NCBI GenBank assembly: GCA_964016885.1
Contig: OZ024755.1
Span: 7,502,001-7,566,000, forward strand
Length of the DNA stretch: 64,000 nt
Direction of reading: 5' to 3'
Source of the DNA: Eledone cirrhosa
Taxonomy: Eukaryota
Positions 24,958 to 43,845 of this stretch are shown here, piece after piece. Within the stretch, counting starts at the first letter, position 1; the number at the start of each line of letters is the position of its first letter. The position numbers and the translations under genes are program-made. The notes beneath the pieces were generated by a model. That model made no database searches. It was not told the origin of the DNA and worked only from the letters and a program-made list of their open reading frames with translations.

Positions 24958-25360
24958 AAGTGGAAAATGGTCAAATAGACAAACAGACATACAACTATAT
25001 ATGTACAGCTGCCAATATATACGTATACGTTTGACATGAATATATTCTTCTATTTAAAATTCAATTTAACCCCTTTTCTTTCACGATTGCGATATAAAAG
25101 GTCTCCGTTTTTTCAGCAGTGTCAAATTGCTGCAATAATACTGAACATAATTGAGAGCAATTCAATTTAAGCAGATCTCACCAGTATATATAAGGCGAAA
25201 CTAAAAACGTTATTGACAGCGCGGCAAAAAAAATATAGACTTCGCTAAAGAATAAAAGACTAGATCGAAACTAAGTAGGTGTAGTTTATTTCATTTACTT
25301 TGTACACACACACACACACACACACACATACATACATACATACATACATACATACATACA

Positions 25361-25393
<33 letters not shown>

Positions 25394-25600
25394 TACTTTC
25401 ACTTGGGTTTTATTATTTTTTTGTTTATATTAAGCACTGGTTTTTTTTTTTTTCATTTTCATTTTCTAAATAAATTTATAAAAAGCCTAAACCCTTCGCC
25501 AATGTAAATATGTATGTATGTGTATGTTTGTGTGAGAATGTGCATATATATATATATATATATATATGCGCGCGCGTGTGTGTGTATGTATATATATACA

Positions 25601-25644
<44 letters not shown>

Positions 25645-25897
25645 GTATACATATATATTTACACACAAAGATACATGCACACATACAGATATATATATAT
25701 AGATATATATAAATATAAACATATACTTACACATACACAGACGTAGATATGTGTGTGTGTGTGTGTGTGTATGTGTATATATATATATATAAACGTATAC
25801 ATATATATTTACACACAAAGATACATACACACACACAGATATATATATATAGATATATATATATAAACATACACTTACACATACACAGACGTAGATA

Positions 25898-25952
<55 letters not shown>

Positions 25953-26148
25953 GTATACATATATATTAACACACAAAGATACATACACACACACAGATAT
26001 ATATATATATATATAAACGTATACATATATATTTACACACAAAGATACATACACACACACAGGTATATATATATATATATATATAAATATAAACATATAT
26101 TTACACATACACAGATGTAGATGTGTGTGTGTATGTATATATATGCAG

Positions 26149-26179
<31 letters not shown>

Positions 26180-26271
26180 GTATACATATATATTTACACA
26201 CAAAGATACGTACACACACACAGATATATATATATAAATATAAACATATACTTACACATACACAGACGTAG

Positions 26272-26313
<42 letters not shown>

Positions 26314-26518
26314 TTGTGTGTAGAGTAATGTGAAATATGTAGGAATTGTTGGTTATTTTCGTCTTCGGTTTTGTTATGTTTGTTAGTTTTATGTACTGTT
26401 TGTCAATGTACGACAATACATTTTTTTAACATTCCTCTACTGCAGGTCGTAAACATGGAGGTAGTGCTTCACACTGGCCCACACACACAGTCGCATGTGT
26501 ACATCGGTATCTGGTGTG

Positions 26519-26550
<32 letters not shown>

Positions 26551-26810
26551 GACAATTCCATATATACATCGATATATGGTATATATATATATATATACAT
26601 ATATACATGTATAGTCAGTGAAGGGTAGAGAGCGTTATATATATATATATATACACACACAATCGCATATATACATCAGTATATGGTGTATGTATATATA
26701 TTAAAGGTATATGTTCCTACATGTAATTAATACACACAGGGACATAAGTATAGTCCAACCATATGCTAGTGTGGTTCAAAGGCAAGTTAATAAATTAACA
26801 AGCCAGAACA

Positions 26811-27148
26811 TATAAAATTAGGGAGTGTAAACACAGAAAATATCCTAAAGAATATATAAAAAATTATAGATTCCAAAAAATTCACTGTACTTACTATATG
26901 TGCCCTTACCGCGGTTTCAGATCCCAAACAAATAGATAATCCAAGCGGATTTCCATTGAGAAAGAGATTCTGACGATGATCTCTTTCTCAATGGAAATCC
27001 GCTTGGATTATCTATTTGGATGTTCTATTTGTTTGGGATTTGAAACCGCGGTAAGGGCACATATAGTAAGTACAGTGAATTTTTTGGAATCTATAATATT
27101 TATATATTCTTTAGGATATTTACTGTGTTTATACTCCCTGATTTTATA
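26811..27148. repeat. Long inverted repeat (about 155-bp arms)
   Basis: Arms are near-perfect reverse complements around a tctgacgat loop; the right arm has a short insertion. Confidence 0.92.
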
Positions 27149-27326
27149 TATATATATATATACACATTTATACTCAGGGAAGGGAAGAGAGCGATATATA
27201 TATATATATATATAGTAATAATAATAAATTTGAAGACTAAAATCGAAAGAGGGCTCGATAAGATCCCGTTAAGTGTGAAAGCAGCGATTCTTTGCTTAAA
27301 CTTTAATCTGTTATTTTAATAAATAA

Positions 27327-27379
<53 letters not shown>

Positions 27380-28370
27380 CATGTATACTTAGGACAGGAA
27401 GGTCAAATGGATTTGCACATTGAAACTTCCCCTCTGATGCGCAAGTATGGGCAAGGTTGTTTGTGGAAAACAGGGAGTCACCCATGCATGCGGTCTCTCT
27501 CTTCAATACCATCGACGTTGTGTAAGGGACAGGCAATGGCGTTGCTTACTGATTTCAGAATAAACCACCTCACCCTTATCAATACCAAATATGCCACAAG
27601 ATCTGCATATCTCATGGAGGCCTAAAGTTACATTTCAAAGCCCATCATAATAAACAGGAAGTCCAAAATACACCAAAACTAATATGCAATTTATGTGGTC
27701 TTTATGTGGACAATTTTATATATATGTGATAGTGAATGAGAGTAATAATAAGAGAGAGATAGAAAGATTGTGTATGTGCGTACAAAAGAAAATGTGTTTA
27801 TGGCTTTTTAAAAGTATGTCTGGTCTAAAACGTCACATAGGATCTCATTGATATTGTGATGTTGTTGGGTTGTTGGTGTTGGAGTGTTTTTGTTGATGTT
27901 GTTTTAATGTTGTTGTAACTGTTGTATTATTGTTAATGCTGTTGTGATGTGGTTGTGTGCTTGTTGTTGATATTGTTATTGTGGTTTCACTGTAAACACT
28001 ACAAAGCAGAATTAAATATATATGGAAGGAAAAGATCTTCCTTATGTCTTATAGTATGTCTATTAATATTCACACACACACACACACATACACATACCCC
28101 CCCCCCCACACACACACATATATAATATATATATATATATAAATTGCAAGCCACAAAATTCAGCACATTTTCATTTATCATAATAAACTTTACCAAAATA
28201 CGCCTCAGGTTGTCATGGCGGCTTTCCCTGATAATTTTACATTATTTCTGCTTAATATCGACAACGACATTCTATACACACACATTTACACAAACTGACA
28301 CACACACACATACACACACTGACACACACATACAGATACATAAACACACACTCACATAGTAATATTGCAT

Positions 28371-28420
<50 letters not shown>

Positions 28421-29034
28421 TGGAGGGGGGGGGGGATTTATCTGAGTGTTTTTATATCTTCATATGGGTATATTTTTACGATTTTTTTTTTTTTATGGAC
28501 ACAATTTTATGTATTTATCATACTGAATGAGAGAGTTTCGTGTAGTAATAAGGAGAGAGAGAGAGAGAGAGAGATTGTGTGTGTGTGTGTATAGGTGTAC
28601 AAAAGAAGGTGCGTTTATGTAATGGTCCCTAAACAGGATTTCATTAAATGCATGTAAGGAACATTGTTATATTAAATAAACGGAACCTTTGTTTTTCATC
28701 AAATATCTTCCATAACTCATCAGAACTTTCTAAATGATAGAACACGCACGCACACACATACGTATATATGCATGTATATATATATATATAGTTACATATA
28801 TATGCAAACAAATACACGAACACGCGCTTGTAGATTTGCGCGTGTGCGTGAGAGTGTGTGTGTGTATATATTTATACATATCTAACTATATGGATATATA
28901 TAAATATTTGTACAATATATATATGTATATGTGTATATTTTTGTCTACTTACGCTCACACACACACGCACACGCACACACACACACACATATATCCAAGT
29001 AAATGTATATTTATACATCCATTACATCCATATA

Positions 29035-29066
<32 letters not shown>

Positions 29067-29111
29067 CACACACACACACATACACACACACACATATATA
29101 TATACACACAT

Positions 29112-29152
<41 letters not shown>

Positions 29153-29153
29153 T

Positions 29154-29185
<32 letters not shown>

Positions 29186-29486
29186 CTTAAACAAAGTGTG
29201 TGTACGTAATGATGTCTATATCTGTTTATATATGGTAGCTATTATAAATGTAACCACAACATCATGTTATATTTCGCTTCCATTTGTTTTATGGCGTATG
29301 ATATGATTGTTATTGTTGTAACTGCTGTTGTAAGCTTTTGTACTAGGGAGATACCGACAGTGTGGGGGTGGTGGTGCCGGGGGTTGCATGGGCTGGAGGT
29401 ATATAATAGACAATACCTATTATTATAGTAGTTAGTTAGGAGAGGGTATATCGTAACAGTGTGGTGGTAGTGAAAGATCTATATTA

Positions 29487-29526
<40 letters not shown>

Positions 29527-29667
29527 ATGTGTATATGTATGTGTGTATATATATATATATGTGTGTGTGTGTATGTATGTATGTGTATATGTATGGATGT
29601 ATATATATGTGTGTGTGTGTATGTATGTGTGTATATATATATATATGTGTGTGTGTGTGTATATGTA

Positions 29668-29714
<47 letters not shown>

Positions 29715-29717
29715 ATA

Positions 29718-29876
<159 letters not shown>

Positions 29877-29909
29877 ATGTGTGTATATATATATGTGTAT
29901 ATATATATA

Positions 29910-30329
29910 TTGCCGGTCAAGCAGCACTAAAACAATAGCATAAGGTCTTCAAAAGGCTTTTTATTAAGTATACAGTGTATTGCAAAATACACTATATATA
30001 CATTCATATATATAGAGCTATTTCAGAGCAACAATTCTAATTTTTAATTTCTGCTTGACCGGCAACCGCTCTGTATAATCAGTTCCTGATTATTTACTAC
30101 AATTCTATAAGAACCAAAACATCCAGGTTCTCAGCAAACGGGAGGAGTAGTTGGCTTTGATAAGCATAAATAAATGCAGAAACAAGGCCTTGTCAGCTTT
30201 ATCTCCCCCTGTTTGCTGAAATTAAAGTAAGTGAGTCTGTCACTACTCTAAAACAATGCATAAGGTCTTCAAAATGCTTTTTATTAAGCATACAGTGTAT
30301 TGCAAAATACACTATATATACATTCATAT

Positions 30330-30330
<1 letters not shown>
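29910..30330 (+). mobile_element. 321-bp-period element with about 85-bp terminal redundancy (retrozyme/pLTR-like)
   Basis: ctaaaacaat..cattcatata is repeated at about 29927-30010 and 30248-30330. The first 15 nt (ttgccggtcaagcag) are an inverted copy of 30051-30065. Flanked by TA-rich microsatellites. Confidence 0.7.
30131..30219 (+). ncRNA. Variant type I hammerhead-like motif
   Basis: ucagcaaac..ggcu-UUGAUAA-gcau(aaauaa)augc-a-GAAAC-aaggccuu-GUC-agcu..guuugcuga. The core has U3/A8 instead of C3/G8, plus one extra A. Confidence 0.6.
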
Positions 30331-33135
<2,805 letters not shown>

Positions 33136-33783
33136 CGGCAACTTTCAATAAATTGTTTACAGCATAGCACGTAATGAGGAAATTATTGAGTGATATAGAA
33201 TATATACGCATACACATGAATCTATATGCATTTTCACACACACACACACACACACACACATGTATGTATGTATGTATGTATGTATATATATATATATATA
33301 AAGAGAGAAAGTAAGGGAAATATATCATTTGAGAGAAAAGGTAAAATAATGATGTGGAAACGTGTATGTGTTTAAATGATGGAAATATACCAAAGTACCG
33401 TTAGAAATCACACACGCACACACTTACACACAGGCACGCACACACTTACACACAGGCACGCACACACACGGACACACCTAAACTCACACACAAATACACA
33501 CGGAGAAGCATCATACAGACATACACACACACAGCTAAACAAATATATATATATATAAATATATATAATAACAAAACATATATGAAAATAAGAAAGAAAA
33601 GTGTAATTTGAATACTAATAAAGCGTGATTTGGTGAGAGAGCAGCTTTTCAATGAAGATGAGAATCGTTTAGAAATTTCTCCGCAAGGCGAAACCGAACT
33701 GAAACGAGGAAACAGATGGGGTTAGCTAAGGTCCACAATCTCATTTTTATAGTGGGGTTTTGCCTCTGGCATTGGCTCTGGAC

Positions 33784-33832
<49 letters not shown>

Positions 33833-33915
33833 ATGCATATACATATGTATATATATGCATATGTGTTTATATATGTATTTATGTAAATGTACACACATAT
33901 ATATGTATATGTGTT

Positions 33916-34004
<89 letters not shown>

Positions 34005-34033
34005 GTATATATATATATATATATATACACATG

Positions 34034-34199
<166 letters not shown>

Positions 34200-34347
34200 T
34201 ATATATATGTATATGTTTTTGTATATATATATATATATATATATGCGTGTGTTTATATATATATATATATATATGCGTGTTTATATATATATATATATAA
34301 ACACACGCATATATATATATATATATATATCTATGTTGGTGTGATTG

Positions 34348-34388
<41 letters not shown>

Positions 34389-34678
34389 GTATTGTATTGT
34401 TTGTGTTTGTTGCTTTATAAGTGTGTTTGTATGAATGTGAGTGCAATTGCGTTTGCATGTGATTATATGTGTGTTTACTGTTCTGAGAATTTTGCTCACA
34501 GCCTCTCCCCCCTCCTCATCGTCATTAATATTATCACTATCATTATCTTCATCATCTCCTTCAATAACTAAACCACAGCTTCTAATATCCTCATCTTCGT
34601 CGTAGCCGCCATTTTCAAGACAATCCATCAGCAATAACATCAACTTCATTCTATTTCTACCATTATTAACATTACGAG

Positions 34679-34870
34679 GGTGGTGGATTGGCAGTATCGG
34701 TAGAGGGTCGGACGCCATGCTTTGCAGCACAGTTACGTCCCTTTACGGACTGAGTTCAAATCTCGCCGTGGTTAACTTTGCCTTTCATCCTTACGGGGTC
34801 GATAAAATAAAGTGCCAGTAATGTACTGGGGGTAATTGCTGGCCTTGTGCTACAGTTAGAAACAATTATT
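34679..34870 (+). mobile_element. tRNA-derived SINE, near full-length copy of the dominant family
   Basis: A-box-like tggcagtatcggtaga, B-box-like gagttcaaatctc, body ttaactttgcctttcatccttacggggtcgataaaataaagt. More than 10 copies in the window. Confidence 0.85.
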
Positions 34871-35180
34871 AGCTTTACCCATCACTGCTATTAACAACAG
34901 ATATACATTTTATGAGGTATAAAATGATTGCCATAAAAATGAGATACTACAAATGTATTGATTTGTCTCTTTCTTCGAGATATCGTAAATGGTTGGAACA
35001 TACTTGACATCAATGAATCATTGGCGACAACACCATAATGTATATAGAGACAGACAGACAGACAGTTAGACAAACAGATATAGCCAGCCAGGTAGATAGG
35101 AAAGAGCCAGATAGAGATAGAGGAGGATAAAACGTGTGTGTGATTTGATTGAATTTTTGAGTGGCCGATATATATATATA

Positions 35181-35240
<60 letters not shown>

Positions 35241-35368
35241 GAGTGAAAGCACCGATTCTTTGTTTAAACTTTAATCTGCTATCTTAATAAATATTTGCTC
35301 TACGGTTTTATGTATATATTATCCTTATCGAGCCCTCTTCGGACTTTAGTCTTCACATTTATTATTAT

Positions 35369-35405
<37 letters not shown>

Positions 35406-35886
35406 AGAGAGAGAGAGCGAGAGAGAGATTAATAAATAGATGTATAGGATTTTATTTGGTTTGATCGATAGGTGCACAGCGTTTCATTAAAAAGCGCTCT
35501 TCTTGACTTTAAACTGTGACGTTGCTTGATTGAGGTACAGGGAAGGGATGGGAATGTCATCAGGACGTACCTTGATAATTTAGATCTTACATGATACTGT
35601 CTTAAATCCTCAGATGGGTCTATATCACTGCAAGAACCAGAGACGAAAGCAGGGGTAACAAACATTCTCATTCATCAAAGGTCACCCAGAGAAGTTGGGC
35701 TATATACATTTTAAGTACGATTGTTGTGCTCCATCATAAGGACACTCCACGGACTAGAAGGTATAAAAGTATGCATGTATATATATATATATATACACGT
35801 GTGTGTGTGTATGTAGACATATACGTACATGTTCCATTCTGTCTTACAGTAATGAATATTAATTTGATTTGTCAGAATTCTCATAT

Positions 35887-36014
<128 letters not shown>

Positions 36015-36224
36015 AGAGAGAAAAGAGATATGAATCGAGATCCGACACAAATATACCAATAGTTAGAAATTTGCAATTCATTTGCAACTTGAAGATTTGT
36101 TTAAAAGGTTTGAAGATAAAATTAATAGAGGAGCGATTGACAAAACCGGACAGTTTTTCAGCTTGAAGGATTTTGAATGAACGTTTATCATTTTGATATG
36201 AAAGAAGAATATAACTTCAACACG

Positions 36225-36274
<50 letters not shown>

Positions 36275-36764
36275 TGTATGCTCATAGGTGCAACCACACA
36301 TAAAGACATACAAGTACCTAGGGATATATAACACTAGAATATTTGAACCTACCATATGAATATATACTTATATACATAAACATGCACAGATTTATACACA
36401 CATACATAAATACATACATATACATATACACATATGTGTGTGTGTATGTGTAAATACCAACACATACTCATATATATATCCATACATATATAAAATTATA
36501 GATATGTATACATGTTTTTGCAGCTACATATAAATACATGTACATATGTATGTATGTATATAGGTATGTATGTATCGATGACTAAAAGACTTTAATATAA
36601 AACACTAAATCTATTGTAATCAATAATAAAATCGGTAAACTAGATTACGTCTCAATGTCGGTTTGTGAAATTACATTAAATTTCTGGGTTTTATTTGAAC
36701 TGTAGAAAATCCAGTTTTAAACTTATTTAAGTTGGATACTTTACTGTAGACATATAGGCACATG

Positions 36765-37356
36765 TACATAAACACATACACCTTTCTCATACATACCCAC
36801 ACATAAACACATACACCTTTCTCATACACCCCACACATAAACACATACACCTTTCTCATACACCCCACACATAAACACATACACCTTTCTCATACACCCC
36901 ACACATAAACACATACACCTTTCTCATACATACCCACACATAAACACATACACCTTTCTCATACACCCCACACATAAACACATACAACTTTCTCATACAT
37001 ACCCACACATAAACATATACACCTTTCTCATACATACCCACATATAAACACATACAACTTTCTAATACATACTCACACATAAACACATACAACTTTCTAA
37101 TACATACCCACACATAAACACACACAACTTTCTCATACACCCCCACACATAAACACATACAACTGTCTCATACAGACCCACATATAAACACATACAACTT
37201 TCTCATACACCCCACACATAAACACATACAACTTTCTCATACACCCCACACATAAACACATACAACTTTCTAATACATATCCACACATAAACATATACAC
37301 CTTTCTAATACATACCCACACATAAACACATACAACTTTCTCATACACCCCACATA
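36765..37356. repeat. 31-33 bp minisatellite
   Basis: Unit cataaacacatacacctttctcatacaccccaca, about 18 copies. Confidence 0.92.
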
Positions 37357-38129
37357 TACACAGGCTCATGCATGTATTTTATTGTCACTGCTTCATCCTC
37401 TCAGTGGACAGAATAGCGAATGTTTTAACCTGGAGGTAACGAATGAGATACATTGATAGAGCTACCCAAACTCTCGGAGCTCGTTCTTGTGTATCACTAT
37501 CCTTGTGTATGACCACATCTATCACAATCGCAATAAATAGGGACATAGTTCGAGAACACAATATACTAAATGTTCCCACTGTTGTAGGTTTGACGAAAAA
37601 AAATGTCTTATCTAGTCCTTGGCTAGGAAAATTAGATGAGATTCATACGTGTATCCCACATCTGATACAAAACTCCACTTTGACCAACGAGATCATTTCT
37701 ACGTGGGCAATCGTCTTGCTAGACGATTTCTTAAGAAAACTTCTTAAATAAAAAAGATATCATTGATTGAATTTGAAACTCAAAATAATATTTTACAATT
37801 AAATAGCTCAAAGAAGGGAATCTTTCCGAGCCGTGTAATATAATTGGATATATGAGAGGGATGAACACAGATATATTGCCCGATATAGGTTTGTTATTTT
37901 TATTGATTTATTACTTTAAATCGAGTCAGGCAAACCATATTGTTTTAAATTAGTATTTTTTCAACCTAGCTAACTTGGTCATTTGCAATTGGAACACATG
38001 TATACTTATATCTGAGTTCATCCCTCTCATAAATAAAAAAGAAACAGTTTTCATTTTAATTCATTAATTGTCGACTCACCACATTCTCATGTAATTGCTG
38101 GTTTATCTATATTGGCTGTAGCTGCACCT

Positions 38130-38440
38130 GTCCGTGAGGTGGCAGTTGCAGTTTAAGCAGAATGGTCTACGAATTAACTTTGTTTTGGTAAATTTGAACT
38201 CATAATTAAAAGAAACGGAAAAGATTATGTCAATTATCTTATCTAAATACATGTCCCCTGATCGCACCATCTTACATAGCATTTGAATGGTCAACAAAGT
38301 ACAGAGCTGGTCGATGAAAGTTTTTGATTTACGATGGACGTGTGTATATCCATATTGCTGTGTCCATAGGAGAAAATTATAAGCTCTGCTATTCAATGGG
38401 TTACATCGCTAAGACGTAATGGTCATTCGTTCTGGAAATT
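38130..38440 (-). pseudogene. Ancient LINE 3' remnant
   Basis: LLWTQQYGYTHVHRKSKTFIDQL resembles the RTE-type 'LLW.P.HG....GRP..TYIDQL'. Confidence 0.45.
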
Positions 38441-38508
38441 TTGCTGGTATTTCTTGCAGGTCAATGACTTATAGGAGCTTTCATGTTGTCTCGTTGATAA
38501 TAGTTCTG

Positions 38509-38550
<42 letters not shown>

Positions 38551-39117
38551 ATACATACATACATACATACATACATACATACATACATACATACATACAT
38601 ACATACATACATACATACATACATACATAGTGAAATGTTTGACACATGTTACTTTTATGCCAGTTCAGTATTTTCTGATTTAAACACGTCAAAAACATTC
38701 TGTATATTGTTAAATAAATGAAAGGATTTCAAAGAACGGAATGTCAGAATTATTATCGGTTCTCCTCAACTAATCTTCTATACTGTTGGAAACAATTAAA
38801 ATAATGTTAAAATAAGTCTCTTTGTGTTTTAACCCTTTCGTTGTTAAATTTCTATTGAAAGATCAGCCTTTCATTTTTCAATTGCTTTTCGGAACATAGT
38901 TTAACAAAGATGCTTGAATAAAATGATGGTGGATGGGTTTATTTAAATATAAACTTTAAATCTGTTATGAAATACACTGCCTACCATTTACAAATATTTA
39001 AAAAAAGTCAACTATTTGGAGGGATTTAATAATATAACTAACTTTCACGTTATTAAACTCGTGATTGTAACGTAATAATTTAACAAATTTTCCTATATGA
39101 AATTATCATGGGAAGAT

Positions 39118-39151
<34 letters not shown>

Positions 39152-39256
39152 ATATATATTATATATATATATATATTATATATATATATATATTATATAT
39201 ATTTATATATTTATATATATATATATTATATATATATTATATATATATATATAATT

Positions 39257-39315
<59 letters not shown>

Positions 39316-39539
39316 TTATATATTTATATATATATATATTATATATATATTATATATATATATATAATTTATATATATATATATTATATATATATTATAT
39401 ATATTTATATATATATATATTATATATATTTATATATATATATATTATATATATATTATATATATATATTATATTTATATATTATATATATTTATATATA
39501 TATATTTATATATATATATATATTATATTTATATATATT

Positions 39540-39572
<33 letters not shown>

Positions 39573-39716
39573 ATATTATATTTATATATATATATATATA
39601 TTATATTTATATATATTTATATATTATTTATATATATATATATATTATATTTATATATATTTATATATTATATATATTTATATATATATATATATATATA
39701 TTATATTATATATATT

Positions 39717-39751
<35 letters not shown>

Positions 39752-39772
39752 TATATTTATATATATTATATT

Positions 39773-39803
<31 letters not shown>

Positions 39804-39819
39804 TTATATATATTATATT

Positions 39820-39850
<31 letters not shown>

Positions 39851-40165
39851 TTATATATTATATATATTTATATATATATATATATGATATTTATATATAT
39901 TATATTTATATATTATATATATTTATATATATATATATATGATATTTATATATATTATATTTATATATTATATATATTTATATATATATATTATTATATT
40001 TATATAAATATATATAATTTCTACAGGACTAGTACTGTTTCATTCAGATGAAATCTTCAGGAAGCTCAAGAATATTATATACTGTATATATATATATATA
40101 TAATATATATATATATTATATACTGTATATATATATATATATATAATATATATATATATTATATA

Positions 40166-40209
<44 letters not shown>

Positions 40210-40223
40210 TATATAATATACTG

Positions 40224-40256
<33 letters not shown>

Positions 40257-40280
40257 CTGTATATATATAATATATATATA

Positions 40281-40451
40281 GATTGACTTTGTTAGTTTCA
40301 GAAGATCCCGTTAAGGGTGAAAGCAGCGATTCTTTGCTTAAACTTTAATCTGTTATTTTAATAAATATTTGCCCTACGGTTCTTATATATTTGATATATA
40401 TATATCCTTATCGAGCCCTCTTTGGATTTTAGTCTTCAAATTTACTATTAT

Positions 40452-40456
<5 letters not shown>
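40281..40456 (+). mobile_element. (TA)n-embedded small repeat family (copies at about 27214-27330 and 35241-35372)
   Basis: Shared gtgaaagcagcgattctttgcttaaactttaatctg and ttatcgagccctc..tttagtcttca blocks. The second block is inverted in the 27214 copy. Confidence 0.8.
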
Positions 40457-40525
<69 letters not shown>

Positions 40526-40636
40526 CTGTATATATATATATATATATATATATATTATCTTCCCGTCATAATTTTTTTTAAATTTGAAAATATATATATA
40601 TATATGTGTGTGTGTATATACATATATACATATATG

Positions 40637-40668
<32 letters not shown>

Positions 40669-41600
40669 TGTGTATGTATGTATGTGTATATATATATATA
40701 TATATGTGTATGTATGTATGTGTATATATATATATATGTGTATGTATGTATGTGTATATATATGTGTATGTATGTGTATATATATATATATATATGTGTA
40801 TGTATGTATGTGTGTATATATATATATATAGTTGGCAGTGATTTCCAAATTCCAGAGGAACAATAGCTCTGAGAACATCACATATTTTACAAATAACAAT
40901 GTCGTCCTCACGCTCCAAATTGCTGGCCTTGTGCCTTCATTAACAACAATTAATCGTATTATATATAACGATACAATAGCGTTATGTCTATTTATAATAG
41001 ATATTGTAAATCTTCATAGCTTGTATTTATAGTTGAAAGAAATATATACAAATATATAGTTATATTAAAGCAATGTAACTGGGATTATTTAAATCTACCA
41101 TTCTCACTTCCACTCTCGCTTTTTTTCACATATATACACACGCACATATATACACATGTACATACATACACGAATATATATAACATACACGAATATATAT
41201 ATATATATATATATATAAATATGTTTATGTTGGGTCGGATTTTATAGGTTGAAAAATAACAACACACATGTGCTGTTGGATTGGCTTTAGATAAGAGTTT
41301 TGTCTGTTTGTCTCGAGCTGGGAAGCGCATCAAGTCGGCGCTTATCTTGGGTTCCCGTGGCGTGAAGGGACTGAGAGTCCATGACTCTCCCTGGACAGAG
41401 CGCCAATCTATCGCAGATTTAAACTCCAGCTATTGCTGATACTCCACTAGATAAGCTGTAGACTCATGTATATATTATATACAAACATAACTATTGAACG
41501 TCCTATCTTAAACGCGACAGCGCGGGTTCAGTCCAACTAAACATATAAACATGCATCTAGACCTCACCTAACCTACCATATACACACTAAACACAAATTA

Positions 41601-41631
<31 letters not shown>

Positions 41632-42006
41632 CTTTCAATGTGGTCTATCTTTCTTGGTAGGGTCTATACCGTAGTTAGAAGTCAATGTAATCCGTTAGCT
41701 ATACTAGCAATACATATTCTAACTTCATTGTTTCCGAAGAAGACGGTATTATCAAGCCCATATATTATGTCTGATAGTTTAGATTTCTTTAACTGTTATA
41801 GATCAGTCATTATATTAATATGATCAACTCTCCAAAACGATCGTAAAGCAACGAATGAAATAAGTAAAATAACTTGCCTGTGTTATCATTGTTAAACTAA
41901 TATGCAATATATATATATATATATGCAAAGATACATACATGCATGTCATACACACTCACTATATTTATATATAGAGAGATATATAGATCCGTGTATACAT
42001 ACCCCC

Positions 42007-42060
<54 letters not shown>

Positions 42061-42110
42061 GCATGCACCCTCACATGTATACTCAAACATACATATATTC
42101 TTTCATCCAT

Positions 42111-42147
<37 letters not shown>

Positions 42148-42862
42148 AACGTTTGATATATATATATACTATGCAGACATGCCTGCAATATCACATTTAT
42201 ACACAAACATACATAAATTCATTTATCCATACACAGTCACACACATATATACACATATATATATACATATATACACATATTCACATTTCGTTGTTTGTTT
42301 TCTAAAAGCGGCCAATTACGGCAAATGAGAAAATTGATTGCTTGTTGAACACTTGATATGTTTATTGAATATTTATCAAACTGGAAATTGAGAGAAAAAT
42401 ATCTCTAAATCACCAATAAATAATATTACAGATAAATAGCTCAACGAATCAATCAAAAAGAAGAGGAAGGAAAAGAACTCAGAGATATTGTGATGTTGAC
42501 GGTGGCGGTAGTATAAAAGGCTATGATAATAGTAAATTCATTTTTATGATTAATATGCTCAGTTGCAGACGATGGTTTGAGATATAAGTGATAGGTAGGT
42601 GGTGGTTAGGCGGGGAAAGATGTATCCAAGTGATATCTGTAGTGTTGTCACGCATTGGAGATAAACTAAACTGAACTGAACTGAAATAAAATAAAATGAA
42701 ATAAAATAAAACTTCTGACGTCTAAACACCCAAAAAATCCCCCAAACAAAACAAATAAAAACGTGAGAAATCAAGAAAATATTAAAACTTTAGAAATAAT
42801 AATGATTCTAACAAAAGCACAAGGTCAGAAACTTTAGAGATGGGGAGTTCATTATATCAAGG

Positions 42863-43845
42863 AGTGGCAGTATCGTAAGAGGGTCAGGCGCCATGCTTTA
42901 ACGCATAGAGTTACGGCCCTTTCCATTCTGAGTTCAAATCCTGCCGAGGTTAACTTTGCCTTTCATCCTTACGGGGTCGATAAAATAAAGTACCAGTAAT
43001 GTACTGGATAATTGATGGCCTTGTGCCAAAAGTAGCAACAATTAAATCAAATACAGTACTTAACTATTATTTTAGTTTCTCAACCTCGCAACGATGAAAA
43101 GCATAGTTGGCCACGGCAGGGTTTGAACGCAGAACCTAATGTTCCACACAGTAATGGTGTTCCACACAGTAATGGTGTTCCACACAGTAATGGTATTTTG
43201 TCTGACGCTCGTACAATTCTGTCAACTAGACACCCTTTTAGAAATAATTGTTTCTACTTTTGGCACAAGGCCAGCAATTACCCAGTGCATTACTGGTACT
43301 TTATTTTATCGACCCTGTAAGGATGAAAGGCAAAGTTAACCTCGGCAGGATTTGAACTCAGATCAGAAAGGGGCGTAACTCTGTGCTACAAAGCATGTTG
43401 TCCGACCCTCTACCGATACTGCCAAACCACCACTCTTTTAGAAATAATCGTTTCTGATATAGACACAAGGACAACAAATTTGGAGGAGAGTAAAATCGAA
43501 TAAATTGACCCCAGAGTGTTACTGGTATTTCATTTTATCGACCCCGTCAAGATGATTCGAACTCAGAACGTAATGGGCCATAACTATATGCCACAAAATA
43601 TGTACGACGCTCTAACGATACTGCCATTCTAACGACCTTTTAGAGATAATAATAATTGTTTCTACTTTTGGCACAAGGCCAGCAATTACCTAGTACATTA
43701 CTGGTACTTTATTTTATCGACTCCTTAAGGATGAAAGGCAAAGTTAACATCGGCGGGATTTGAACTCAGAATTAAAAGGGCCGTAACTCTATGCGTCAAA
43801 GCATGGTGTCCGACTCTCTACCGATACTGCTAATCCACCGCCCTC
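42863..43845. mobile_element. Cluster of the same SINE: one + copy (42863-43043) and three - copies (about 43243-43432, 43443-43628, 43653-43845)
   Basis: Direct sequence similarity to 34679-34870. Confidence 0.85.

Noticed and set aside
26446-26500. tgcag|GTCGTAAACATG as the next GPCR exon; similar candidates at about 21995, 35472, 38460 and 57301
   Set aside because: The translations lack a convincing helix-8/C-tail pattern, or they hit stops or microsatellites quickly.
27380-27630. Non-repetitive island with short ORFs on both strands (for example minus-strand LHEICRSCGIFGIDKGEVV..)
   Set aside because: No recognisable domain and no partner exons; cannot be supported without RNA-seq.
37443-37751. 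102-aa + strand ORF
   Set aside because: No motif and no convincing splice context; probably chance or an old TE.
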